From contig OZ024743.1 in the NCBI GenBank assembly GCA_964016885.1, positions 319,796,001 through 319,860,000 on the forward strand: 64,000 nt of DNA. Reading direction: 5' to 3'. Below the pieces are notes generated by a model. It searched no databases. It was given only the letters and a program-made list of their open reading frames with translations, and had not been told where the DNA came from. The DNA comes from Eledone cirrhosa (lineage: Eukaryota). Below, in pieces: positions 39,502 through 55,421 of the stretch. The position numbers and the translations under genes were made by a program. The stretch's first letter is position 1. Every line of letters starts with the position of its first letter.

Positions 39502-40030
39502 ATGAATAAATAACATGGTGTTTCTATTAAATATGGATTTGAAAACAGAATTCAGGAAATATGAAAGTGAGCCTGAAAAAAAAACGGGCAAAAAGGAAAT
39601 AGGGGAAACAATATAAAAATATATATATATAAAAATAAATATCCAGAACATAAACATACACACACTCAACTACGCGATTATACGTAATAGTACTACGTAG
39701 ACGTATACTTTCTCAATTAAGCGTATTTGCGTCTACATAGAAATATGATCAGGAATATAAATACATACACAAATATATACACAGATATATATGCACTCAA
39801 ACATGTACACACAAATACACACGCACACATATAAAAAGGGAGTGTACACACACATATAAACATACATACAAACACAAAAACACAAAAGAAAAAGCTCTAT
39901 ACATACGCGAACGTGTATATACACATACACACATATATCTATATCTATATATATATATATACACACACACACACGTACGCATACATACCCATACACACAT
40001 ATATACAAGCATACACACCCACTCATACAC
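39502..40030 (-). repeat. Repeat homologous (inverted) to 52480-53314; pseudo-LTR-like family
   Basis: Long colinear similarity seen by eye, for example AATAAATAACATGGTGTTT / AAACACCATGTTATTTATT. Confidence 0.8.
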
Positions 40031-40062
<32 letters not shown>

Positions 40063-40068
40063 ATACAT

Positions 40069-40102
<34 letters not shown>

Positions 40103-40452
40103 GTATATACACATACATACACATACATGCACTAGCACGTATCAATATGTGCGAGTAATTTGGAAGTAGTTTAGAAACAGAAATAACTAACTAAATAAAT
40201 AAGAACAAAAAATAAAAAATAAAATATATATATATATATATATATATAAGAAAATCAAAATCAAAATCAAAATCAAAATAAAATCAAAAAGGGAACGTGT
40301 TGACAACGAAGGTGTGAGTGTCTGAGGGAAGGGGGGGGGGGGAATAAATAAAAACAACTTAAAAATAAACAAATACACACGATATGCATATATACAGATA
40401 TATATATACATATAATAAAGAGGAATTAAAAGATGGTTAACAGAGTTCCATA

Positions 40453-40522
40453 TATTTTATTATGCGTATTTCGAATACAAAATTATCCTGGGACAAAAAT
40501 TGTGTTCTCATCAGATAAAATA
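40453..40522 (-). ncRNA. Type I hammerhead ribozyme motif, intact core
   Basis: Minus strand: TATTTTAT CTGATGA GAACACAA..TTGTCC CA GGATAA..TTGTATTC GAAA TACGCA TA ATAAAATA; perfect 8-bp stem I. Confidence 0.9.
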
Positions 40523-40812
40523 AGGTAACATGATAAGAGGCATAATAGCACTTGTTTACAGGAAAGTGCTAAGTCTACATATGACAGAAATATAAGTACT
40601 AAAACTATAGTAACAAATAGATAGGAAAATAGAAGAAAGGAAAGAAGAGGAGAAAAAGGAAAAGGAAGAGAAGAAAAGAAAGAAAAAAAAAGAAGAAAAA
40701 AAAGGAAGAGAGAGAGAAAGAGAGAGAAAGATATATTTTGATCAGGAACGCTGTTAAAATGGAAACAGCTGTAAATAATGGTTAAAAAGTAAATATGTGC
40801 GAATATTATAGA

Positions 40813-40915
40813 CGCGAGGTTAACTTTGCCTTTCATCCTTACGGGGTCGATAAAATAAAGTACCAGTAATGTATTGGGTAATTGCTGGCCTTGTGCCTAA
40901 AGTAGAAACAATTAT
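40813..40915 (+). mobile_element. Truncated SINE of the Deu/Nin-like family
   Basis: Matches the 3' half of 42127-42313. Confidence 0.85.
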
Positions 40916-42126
40916 TTTATATTGGGTTTAAATACTAAAAATTGGATTAAGAAGTGTCAAAATGTATTAATAAAATAAAATAAAATAAAACAAATATAAA
41001 AAAAGGGATTTTCATAAAATAAAATAGAAATAAAAATAGTCTATGTCAAAATTAATAATTTCTAGTAAAAATATATATATGTGGGGTATACTATTTAATT
41101 TTTATTTTATATCAACAAGTAAATAAAGGAAATTGCCAGAAAGATTTATAAACGTAGAAAAACATATAACGTCATAATTTGTTTACAAAATCTACGAAGG
41201 TTTGAGCGAAAATCTGAGGCTATAGAAAAAAAGATCAAACCAAATTAATACATTGTAGAATATAATGAAAGATGTGTAAAGATAACCGTGACACATGGCA
41301 TATGTTAAAGGACATCAGCTGTATACTTTGTGAAAGGTCTTGTAGGATTTATGGTTACAAAGTCCAAATAAATCGGTTCTTCGATTTATTATTGTATTGA
41401 AATTCGATATAATGGTAAATTTTTCAACTAGATAGGGAAGCATTGGAGTATGAAGATGCGTTCTAGATTTTACGCAAAGAAATTTTGTAATTTATCTTTT
41501 TGTCTTTTAAGGATCAAATAAGTTCTGAAAATGCGGTGCTGGTCGTTTTAAGTGAAGATTTAAATGTAGAAGAATGATTATAGAATCTTGCTTTAAAGGA
41601 GGTAGACGTAGAGCCAATGTAGGTATAGGTGTTGGTACAAGTTACGATTTTACTAGGTTTTTATCGAGACAGAAATTACTAAGAGGACAATTAGTTCTAA
41701 TAGGGCATTTGCATTTACGATTAATATTATTTACAGAGTCATTTGCAAGTGGCCCAGGATTAATTATATTAGGAACTGGAGTGGTGGAATTAACTAAAGG
41801 AGGTGCTAAAGTTTCCAGATTTACATTACTATTTGATGCATTCCTCAAAATTACATTTGACGTCGTATTTATACTTGTGTTATTTTGCCTAGAGTTTACA
41901 CTGACGTCGGCCCTTATAGTGTTATTATTATGACTCTCATGGTTGGATGCATATGAGTATTATTTAATATTTTAGAATTATGTCTTGAGATAATTTTGGA
42001 AATGTTCGAAGTAGTAGAATACGAGAATTTAATAGTATGCTTATTGAAAATCTTGCTATATATATGTTAAGTAGGGAAGCTGTTATGTAAAGCCCTAAAA
42101 AATAATTTAGGGATATTATTAATAAC

Positions 42127-42313
42127 GGTGGATTGGCAGTATCGGTAGAGGGTCGGAAGCCATGCTTTCCAGCATAGTTACGTCCCTTTACGATCTGAGT
42201 TCAAATCCCGCCGAGGTTGACTTTGCCTTTCATCCTTACGGGGTCGATAAAATAAAGTACCAGTAATGCACTGGGTAATTGCTGGCCCTGTGCCTAAAGT
42301 AGAAACAATTATT
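42127..42313 (+). mobile_element. Full-length SINE inserted in the PLE ORF, with a 14-bp TSD
   Basis: ATTATTAATAACGG at 42115-42128 and 42308-42321; tRNA-like A and B boxes. Confidence 0.92.
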
Positions 42314-43090
42314 AATAACGGAAAGACAGAAGGGAGCGTTGTACCAAATGATATTTTTATATCTAGGTCTTCTCCTTTTGTTAGCAGTGTGATTATTACT
42401 AGCTGCATTACTAGAGTTATTATAAGCTCTGCCAAGGTTAAGATCTTTAGTATACCTAATTTTGTCTAGATATCCAGCCCTAGATAGGACATTATTATAA
42501 TAGTTGGCATTAGCTTTGAAGATATCTTTATTAGAGGGTAAATTAGAAATTCTTTTTTCTACACTTTTGACTATAGCAGTTTTAACATTAATAGGGTGGT
42601 TAGATTTAAAGTTACCGTAATTTAAGTTCTCATTATCCTTATGATATGGGTAATATAGGCCGGTATCTAGATTAAGGGATATATCAAGTAAATTTGGTAG
42701 TTTAACATTATTCTCGAATTCAATTTTTAAGTTAAGGTGCTTAAATACATCAAGTATATTTTTATTAATTATATTAAAGTTTACATTGTTACAATTAGAG
42801 ACAGTAAAAAGAGCATCATCACGATAAATCCCACCACGATGTTGAGGAATTTTTCGGTTTAAAGAATTCAAGATGAAAATTCCAACTAAGTCGGTCAGTT
42901 GAGCTGAATCCGTCGAACCCATGGTGATGTCGAAATTGTTGGAAGTATCCGCTCCTGTCCAGTATTCATTGTTAAATTCCAAGATGGTTTTCCTAGCGGT
43001 GAGAATGATGTTTATTTGTTCACTAGTGATGTCCGCATATTTTAACGCATGTATACCCCCCCCCCCCACATATATATATATATATATATA

Positions 43091-45530
43091 TGAGAGTATT
43101 GACGTTTGCTTGAAGCATTGTGGAACAATAAGTAAATATTTAAAAGTCGTTTGGAAGCCTCGACAATGCAAATGGGTAAATCTCCCGCTAACAGGGTCCG
43201 GTGTAGGAGAGAGAGAGATATGTAAGTGGGTGTACGTTGAGATGCGTGGTGTGTATAAGGTGTGTGAGATGTGTAGAATGAAGGGAAGAGTGAAAGGGTA
43301 AAAATAATAACAACACAAGAGATAGAGAGTTACCTTGGGAGAGATTTAATAGTCCCTATATATTTCGGATTCACATCCATCAACTGGGGTTTTTTTTTCC
43401 GGGGTTGGGGAACAGCAGACTACCCACCTTCTACCACCTCGTGAAGACACACAAACAGGGACCCGACCTGAAAATCAGGCCCATCGTATCGAGCGTGGAG
43501 GGACCACTCTACAAAATTTCATGGCTCCTAGCCAGAATACTCAAACCCATCTCAGACACCTTGCCGGGACACGTTAACAGCTCCGAGGAGATGTTAAAGC
43601 GCCTGCATCAAATGGATCCCGACACCAGAAGGAATAACAGATATGCCTTCAGCCTTGATGTAGTCGCTCTCTACATCTCGGTCCCGGCTCTCCCGGCCGT
43701 CAATATACTAACGGAACGCGTCCAATCCACCGACCTACACTGCTTCGGGCTCACCACCACCGACATCCACCAACTCCTATCCATCGTCCTCGACAACACC
43801 TACTTCGGATTCCTTGACCAAATTTACCAACAAACCTCGGAATTGCCCATGGGATCAAGTCTATCAGGTGTACTAGCGATCTCCTACATGGACAACCTCG
43901 AACGAAAGGCTCTCAACGCCTGCCACCCCAACGCCGTAGCCTTTTTCTCAAGATACGTGGACGATATCCTCATCCTCACTTCTTCCCAAGACACGGCGAA
44001 CAGAATCTATGAGACGTTCAACAGCCCGGACGAGAACATTGACTTCAGTGTTGAACACCCCAACGAAGACGGGTCACTTGCCCTCCTCGACTTCCGAATC
44101 AACATCACGGAACAAGGAGGGATCCACTGCAACTTCTATAGAAAGGCAACCTGCAGGGACCTATTCGTTCACTACAAGTCCGCCCTCCCTAACAGTGCCA
44201 AAAGAGGATACATCACGAACGAGATCGCGCGAATCAAAGATAGATGCAGCGATCCCGCGAGTAGTGTCACTCATACCAAGCGATTCCTCGAGGTGCTGGA
44301 GACGAACGGGTACCCTACCTTGATCACAGACAGAATAGGAGACACCAGACGCAAGAGACAGAGAAGCACCCAAGCCAAGTGCTTCCTTAAAATACCACAC
44401 CTGGGCGAGAAAACCACCAACGCTATCCGCAAGGCTATACGGAGGGAGGGCCTCGACATCCACCTGGCCCACTCGGGCCCCTCCCTGCGAAGATGCCTCT
44501 CCAGGAAAACCGAAAAGTCTACTGACGCATGCTCCCTCAGAGACTGCCCGATACGCCATGCTAACTGTTGCCTACGCACATACGTCGTGTATAAGATAGA
44601 ATGTGACAGGTGCAACCAATACTACATAGGTAGCACAACTCGACCTTTGCACATCAGGATCAAGGAACACATTAAAACCAGGGCCTCGTCTTTCCGGAAA
44701 CACATAGACAAATGCGGAAACAAAGACGGAAGGCCCATCGTCACAGTTTTAGCGACTGAAAGAAACGTCGGCACGTTACGTATTAAGGAAGGGCTTCTTA
44801 TCAAACAACTACAACCACAATTAAACAACCGTCTTGAGAGAAGCGAAATGAAATGGCTGGTTTGAGTTAACAAGCGATGCAACAACACACAACACACGCA
44901 CACACACACACACGCAAACGAGACAACTACACACACACACGCAAACACACACACAATAGCATTCCACCATACGAACATACCACACTGCCAATACAGATGA
45001 ACAAGACAACTACACACGCGCACACACACACACACACTCAAGCGAGACAACTTTACACGCACACACACACACAATAACATTTAACAAGCAGGCAGAGAAT
45101 GGACTGACAGCTAGCGCCTTCCCACTCCCTCATTCGTCCTTTGACTTCTGTGCGGCCGGCCCCATTTCGCGCGCACGCGCGCCCGACCGAATACCTCAGA
45201 TATTCAAATCTTAAACAGCGAAAGACGCGTTCCGAATTGTCCGACAGACAACCTTTTCCCCCACCCCGGAAAAAAACCCCCAGTTGATGGATGTGAATCC
45301 GAAATATATAGGGACTATTAAATCTCTCCCAAGGTAACTCTCTATCTCTTGTGTTGTTATTATTTTTACCCTTTCACTCTTCCCTTCATTCTACACATCT
45401 CACACACCTTATACACACCACGCATCTCAACGTACACCCACTTACATATCTCTCTCTCTCCTACACCGGACCCTGTTACCCGGAGATTTACCCATTTGCA
45501 TTGTCGAGGCTTCCAAACGACTTATAAATA
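43091..45530 (+). mobile_element. Young Penelope-like element: 5'-truncated but uninterrupted RT-GIY-YIG frame (43405-44865) between inverted pseudo-LTRs of about 270 bp
   Basis: KTHK..IRPIVS, SLDVVALY, LPMGSSLS, RYVDD, VVYKIEC..C..YYIGST. 43136-43410 is the near-identical reverse complement of 45260-45530; (TA)n on both sides. Confidence 0.95.
45278..45313 (+). ncRNA. Hammerhead-like motif with variant core; inverted copy at 43354-43389
   Basis: CCC CAGTTGA T GGAT GTGA ATCC GAAA TATA TA GGG. Confidence 0.6.
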
Positions 45531-45920
45531 TATATATATATACATATACATGTATATATACCTATACAGACATACAAACCAACACGCATATATGTATATA
45601 TATATAAAATAAATATACATACACACACATATATATATATATATATATATGCATACATATATATATACATATATACACACACATACACACACATATATAT
45701 ATATATATATATACACATACATACATACATGTACACACACATCCACATACATACACATACAAAAAAATCTACAATAAATTAGATAGATGAATATCAAAGG
45801 TACATAACCCACGTACATACGTACACATACGCGCGCGCACACACGCAAGCAATAAAAATCAACACACGCATACATATAAACATATACGTAAATCCATACA
45901 CACATATATACACATATATA

Positions 45921-49054
<3,134 letters not shown>

Positions 49055-49069
49055 GAGAGAGAGAGGGGT

Positions 49070-51012
49070 TGTTCGAGTTAGTAATTGAATAATTAAGCTT
49101 AGATTAGTTGTAGGCAGGAGACTACATCTCTGCCTATGCTCCCCAAGCAGGCCTAGGCAAAGAAGAGAAAGACTGCTTTTACGAGCAACTTTTACAAACA
49201 ACCTCAATGACAGAGGACGGAAACATCGTTATGCTAGCAGGGGACTTCAATGGTCATGTTGGACAGCTCCAGAATGGTTGCACTGGAGTACATGGTGGGC
49301 ACGGTTACGGCTCAAGAAATGAAGAAGGGGTGAGACTTCTTGAATTTTGTGATGCAAGTGAACTAACCATTTGCAACACTAACTTCCAGACACCTGCCAA
49401 CCACCTAATAACCTACAAATCAGGCGAGCATATAAGCCAGATTGACTTGTTACTAGTTAGGCAGCAGGACAGGCAGATGGTGTCAAATACCAAGGCATAC
49501 CCTGGAGAAGAAGAATGTACCACACAGCATAGGTTAGTCGTTAGTGATATCTCAGTAAGCAAGAGATGGAATGAGACATACAGAAAGGTGTGAAGAAGAA
49601 AAGTCTGGAAGCTAAAAGACCTTTCACTAAAATACAAATTTAGGAAAGCCCTTCAAGATGTGTATGATGAAAAAGAAGACGATTTAGAGACGTATGACAG
49701 ATAATAACTGGAATTTCTTACGTGACAACTTACTGCAGGCTACTGATGAAACTTGTGGCTGGAGCAGAGCTCCAACCAGACAGAGAGTGACCTGGTGTTG
49801 GAACAACACAGTAGATAAGGCCATTAGAGACAAAAAGACTAGCATGGAAGGCTTGGGAAAAGGGTGGGAGAAGATAAGGATATACAGCCGCTAAGAGAGA
49901 AGCTAGACGTCAGGTGTACTTAGCACGAAGGGAGGCTAAGAGTAGGAGGTTTGCCAATGTTCTGCGACGGGAATAGCAGGGGCGTGCGGTGTTCCACATT
50001 GCAAGGCAGTGTGTCAATGCAAATCAGGATGTTGTTGGAGATAAATTTGTCCGGAATGATGCCGGTGTATTTAGTATCACGAATGATCAGAAAAAGGAGG
50101 CCTGGAAATGTCATTATGAGAGACTGATGAATGTGGAGAACGAATGGGAGAGAGAGAAATTACCCTCAGTAGATCCAACAGAGGGACCAGCTATTGGGAT
50201 TGACGAATATAGGGTCCAAGAGGCGATTAAGGAAATGAAAAATGGTAAGGCTGCTGGACCGTCGGGGATAGTTGCTGAGCTGCTGAAGGCATCAGGGTAC
50301 GTAGGCACTAAACTGGTTGCACGCATCATCAATCAAGCTATATATATGGTGGTGTCATACCCAAAGACTGGTGCAGCAGTATTCTCATAAATTGCTACAA
50401 AGGTAAAGGGGATGCTCTGGAGAGGAGCAATTATAGGGGTATGAAACTGATGCATCAGGTTATGAAAGTGGCAGAAAGGATATTAGCACAACTAATTATA
50501 GAAAGGGTCAATCTAGATGAGATACAGTTTGGTTTTGTGCCTGGGAAAAGTACAACAGATGCCCTCTTCTTGGTGAGACAATTACAAGAGAGGTTCTTAG
50601 AGAAGAATAAGCCACTATACTTAGCCTTTGTTGACCTAGAGAAGGCTTTGATAGGGCACCCCCATTTGTTATCTGGTGGTCCCTAAGGAAACTAGATGTT
50701 GAGGAATGGCTTGTGAGGACAGTGCAAACTTTGTACAGAGGTGCTGTCAGTAAAGTCAGGGTAGGAATGGAGTTTAGTGAGGAATTCCAGATACAAGTAG
50801 GAGAACATCAACGTTCGGTCCTCAGCCCGCTCTTGTTTATTATAGTCCTCCAAGCCATAACAGAGTAGTTTAAGACTGGCTGTCCATGGGAACTTCTCTA
50901 TGCTGACGATCTGGTTCTTATAGAAGAATGAGTAGAGGAGCTAAAGAATAAATTCTGGCTATGGAAACAGCAGTTGGAAGCAAGTGGACTGAGAGTGAAC
51001 ATAGCTAAGACA
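49070..51012 (+). mobile_element. Decayed internal RTE fragment (APE to RT)
   Basis: AGDFNGHVG, GKAAGPSG, FVDLEKA, LYADDL, with stops. Confidence 0.92.
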
Positions 51013-51996
51013 GATGCACTCTTATGAAAGATTTTTTATGGTTTATGCTTTGGATATATTCCAATGAATGAATTTTTAAATGTTAACACGTTATAGCAAA
51101 CGAATTTATGTTTTTAACAGTCATAACTGTACGACAGGTTGGAGTTATGAATTTATAACTTGCTATAAAATAACATATAATTCATACTCTAATTATACCA
51201 TTAAGATGGATAATTAAAATTTTTAACATCTTAACTTTATAACATTTAACTTTATAACATTTAATCCTTAGAGCTATCTAAATTATTAATAAATCGCTAG
51301 CAATTTCCTTTACGATCTACTGCTATTACAAATAAGGGATTATTCTTCGGTAAACTCTCGGAAATTCCATGAGCTTAGAAATATTCGGATATTTTAAACT
51401 TACAAATTTTTTAAAATAATTAATTAATAATAAATAATAAAATGATATATGGTTTTGTAATAATACATATTTTTAATAATATATATTCTTTAATAATAAT
51501 ATATAGGTCTCAACTTTAATAATATAACATACATATTTAAACATTTAAACTACGGATTGAATTGATAAATAATTAATTAAACATTTAATCAAATTTATTA
51601 ATTAAACATTAGATAAATTCTTCAACTTAGCTTTATTATTGTTTATCCATCTTTATTAGTATCTGTTATTGGTTATTATTATTGTTTATCCATCTTACGG
51701 TATTCATCCAGGCTTTATTTATTTCTTCGCCTCTACTCTCAAGTTACGCTATTCTCTCTCACTAAAATATACTCAGGTTTCTCTCTTTCTTTCTTTCGTT
51801 TTTTTCTCTTTCTTTTCTCTTTTTTCCCTATTCAAACGGCTTAATTTAAATATACTGTTTTTAAACCTTTCCAACACTAATTTGCATAATAAACCAACAA
51901 TAAATCTAATAACTCCACTATCTAGGAGATTCCAACCAGAATGGTTGCATTTTTTAAGGGTATGTCAATATTTATTTATAAAACTAACTTACATTA

Positions 51997-52062
51997 TATT
52001 TTATCTGATGAAAGCGCACCATAGTTTGCTCTAGTGGCCATTGAAATATGTATAATGAAATA
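51997..52062 (+). ncRNA. Type I hammerhead motif in an AT-rich PLE 3' remnant (about 51013-52190)
   Basis: TATTTTAT CTGATGA, imperfect stem II, GAAA TATGTA TA ATGAAATA; the downstream flank resembles 39350-39460. Confidence 0.7.
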
Positions 52063-52206
52063 AATATGGTTTTATAAATATAGTTTCCAATTGTTAATAT
52101 ATTGTATATTTACTCCAATAATTTGTTGAGTGCTTTATAACAGTTATAACAATATTTTGCTTGCTGCATCCCAACAAATTAAATATAACCTCTCTCTCTC
52201 TCTCTC

Positions 52207-52296
<90 letters not shown>

Positions 52297-52423
52297 CACA
52301 CACACACACACACATATATATATATTTTAATTCTAGGGCGGGTAAAATTCCCGAGATCCATGGACGAGTTCTCTCCAGCGGCCTCTGTCCCTCATTATCA
52401 CTGCCATATATATATGTGTGTAT

Positions 52424-52485
<62 letters not shown>

Positions 52486-52632
52486 ATGTGTATGTATGTG
52501 TGTGTATGCTTGTATATATGTGTGTATGGGTATGTGTACGTGTGTATATATATATAGTAATAATAAGACTAAAATCCAAAGAGGGCTCGATAAGGATAAA
52601 TATATATCAAATATATAAGAACCGTAGAGCAA

Positions 52633-52794
52633 ATATTTATTAAAATAACAGATTCAAGTTTAAGCAAAGAATCGCTGTTTTCACCCTTAACGGGATCTTC
52701 TGAAACTAACAGATTGACTTTGTTAGTTTCAGAAGATCCCGTTAAGGGTGAAAGCAGCGATTCTTTGCTTAAACAACTTTAATCTGTTATTTTA

Positions 52795-52802
<8 letters not shown>
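52633..52802. repeat. Fold-back inverted repeat (about 80-bp arms, 9-nt loop); third copy of the arm at 55418-55493
   Basis: ...CCCTTAACGGGATCTTCTGAAACTAACA gattgactt TGTTAGTTTCAGAAGATCCCGTTAAGGG... Confidence 0.95.
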
Positions 52803-52870
<68 letters not shown>

Positions 52871-53307
52871 ATATTTATATATGTGTGTATGTGTATATAC
52901 ACGTGCGTGTATGTATAGAGCTTTTTGTTTATGTGTTTTTGTGTTTGTATGTATGTATGTTTATATGTGTGTGTACACCCCCTTTTTATATGTGTGCGTG
53001 TGTATTTGTGTGTATATTTTTGAGTATATATATATCTGTGTATATGTTTGTGTATGTAATTATATTCCTGTTCGTATTTCTATGTAGACGCAGATACGCT
53101 TATGTGAGAAAGTATACGTCTACGTACTATTACGTATATGCGCGTAGTTGAGTGTGTGTATGTTTTTGTTCTGGATATTTATTTTTTTATATATATTTTT
53201 TATATTTTTTCCCCTATTTCCTTTTTGTCCATTATTTTTTCAGCCTCACTTTCGTATTTCCTAAATTTTGTTTTCAAATCCATATTTAATAAAAACACCA
53301 TGTTATT

Positions 53308-53373
53308 TATTCATTCTGACGACTGAAGACAGACGCAACATCTGCCTTCAAGAGACTACTGGTAAATGAAATA
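53308..53373 (+). ncRNA. Hammerhead motif with GAGA in place of GAAA
   Basis: TTCATT CTGACGA CTGAAG-A-CAGA..TCTG-C-CTTCA A GAGA C TACTG GTA AATGAA. Confidence 0.65.
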
Positions 53374-54610
53374 ATTATCTTATGTTGTTTATTACATAAC
53401 TAATAAGCTCTGTAGCCTACATAGAGCACTCTTTTTTCCTATACCTTTCCGACGGAAATACTTCATATATATATATATATATACATATAGTTTCAGATGT
53501 TCAAGTCCTTTAATAATAATGCTGTGATATATATTTCAATGGCGACAGTGGCCACACTGTTGCATGCGCCAGTGCCGCGACATCGTCAGACAGCTTGTTA
53601 CATAATAAGGTTATGTTTCCGAGGCAATCCAAATTGAATCGACATGGGATCGGACGAAGTGTGTGCTCTTGAGTTCTTCATCCGTTCCCTTGTGAGTACC
53701 AATTCACCCCCACCGGTCTGCGCAGGCGCAGGTCCGAAGGTGGTTGACCATTAGCTACCGCAGAGTTCATCGAAATTCGCCTAGGCAGTTCCCCCTCTCA
53801 ACCAAACAATGACCTATTCAGGCCAGTAATATATAGCTTACTGCTATACCCGTCAGTGGCAGTCAGCTGAAAACTAGTGGGGGTGGGTGAGTATGAGTAT
53901 CAATAGTTCTCAATACTACCCCACATTAAGCATGGACAGTATAATTGACCATCAACCTCTAAGAGAAAATATATTTAATTCTAGGTATTATGGTTTCACA
54001 GTGAAATTATGAATGAGAGTTGGAAATTAAAACTAAAAATTAAAAATCGAAAATCAGAAATTAAAACTTAAAATTTAAAAATTAAAACAATTTACAAGTG
54101 AGAATCTAGATTGAAGTGAGTAAAAATATAGATTTAAGTGAGTAAAAACATATGTGCACCTATACTATCTACTACGTATGGAGATGTTTAAGTAAGATGT
54201 GTTGAAAGGGGTATTAATGTTACAGATATATTATCTACATACTGAACGATAGTACCGTACAGTAGAACGGAGGGTAAATTACAGTATGAAAGGTAGTAGT
54301 TAGGCGGGTACATACTTAGAATTTCCATCACATGGAACAACCCCCCCCCCCCCCAAAAAAAAACACAGATATAAAATACACAAAAAAAAAACACAAAAAA
54401 TATCCAATAAATACAAAAAAATACATACAGTATATATATGCAACATGAGATAGGAGATACATGATTAATATGATTGTCAATTTGTCCATATATGGATTGA
54501 ATTGATTGAATCTTATTCGATATTTACTCCGTTACTCCTATGTGGAATAAGTAAGTTGAGTGCTTGAATTGAATTGCATCAATGTTTACCTTAAGTATAT
54601 ATATATATAT

Positions 54611-55310
54611 ATATTGTTATACTTTGGGAGGGTCATGTTGCCTATAAGAAACACACGCACCAGTTGCGTTAACTTCAATTTATATAAATTTATAAATTTA
54701 GGAATTTATAAATTTCTGGTTGGTTGGTTGGTTCCACAACCAGATAGTTGTTTATATATTGTCAAAGTTCTTTCGTCACACATTATGTGACCTCTTCAGT
54801 GACTGGGGATTCTTTTCTTTGTTTTTGTGCCTCTCCTCCTTTGTTCTGTCCTACGCCATTTTGTTTCTGTGTGTGTGTTGTGTGCTCAGTCTGCGCATGC
54901 GCCACATCCGGGTGTCTGTGTGTGTTTATATTCGTTTATTTATTTGTTTATTTACATGTTACCGGTTGGTTGTTTGTTCTATGTGCGTGTTCTATGTTTG
55001 TTCTATGTGCGGATGTGGTGCATGCGCAGACTCAGCACACAACACACACACAGAAACAAAATGGCGTAGGACAGAACAAAGGAGAGGCATAAAAACAAAG
55101 AAAAGAATCCCCAGTCACTGAAGAGGTCACAGAATGTGTGACGAAAGAACTTTGACAATATATAAACAACTATCTGGTTGTGGAACCAACCAACCAACCA
55201 TAAATTTATAAATTCCTAAATTTATAAATTTATTATAATAAATTGAAGTGAAAGTAACTGGTGCGTGTGTTTCTTATTTGCAACATGACCCTCCCAAAGT
55301 ATAACAATAT
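54611..55310. mobile_element. Non-coding element of two inverted arms (about 300 bp each; 54611-54910, 55010-55310) with a roughly 100-bp spacer; each arm has a minimal hammerhead
   Basis: Arms read as near-perfect reverse complements; GTCA CTGAAGA G GTCACA..TGTGAC GAAA GAAC TT TGAC at 55114-55156 (+) and 54761-54803 (-). Confidence 0.85.
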
Positions 55311-55363
55311 CGGTTTCAACACACGTTTTCAGATAAAGAATCTTGCTAAACAAATTCAGAAAC

Positions 55364-55421
<58 letters not shown>

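Larger units (their letters stand above)
40420..43060 (-). mobile_element. 5'-truncated, decayed Penelope-like element (YRDD-type RT, CxC..CPL..C linker, GIY-YIG, pseudo-LTR); possibly Hydra clade
   Basis: FDITMGSTDSAQLTDLVG, GGIYRDDAL, SNHP, CKCPIRTNCPLSNFCL, TYIGSTSTSFKARFYNH. Confidence 0.85.

Noticed and set aside
42236-43318. 360-aa ORF as a novel fusion
   Set aside because: It starts in the pseudo-LTR of one PLE, crosses TA/C runs into another PLE's RT, and ends in a SINE.
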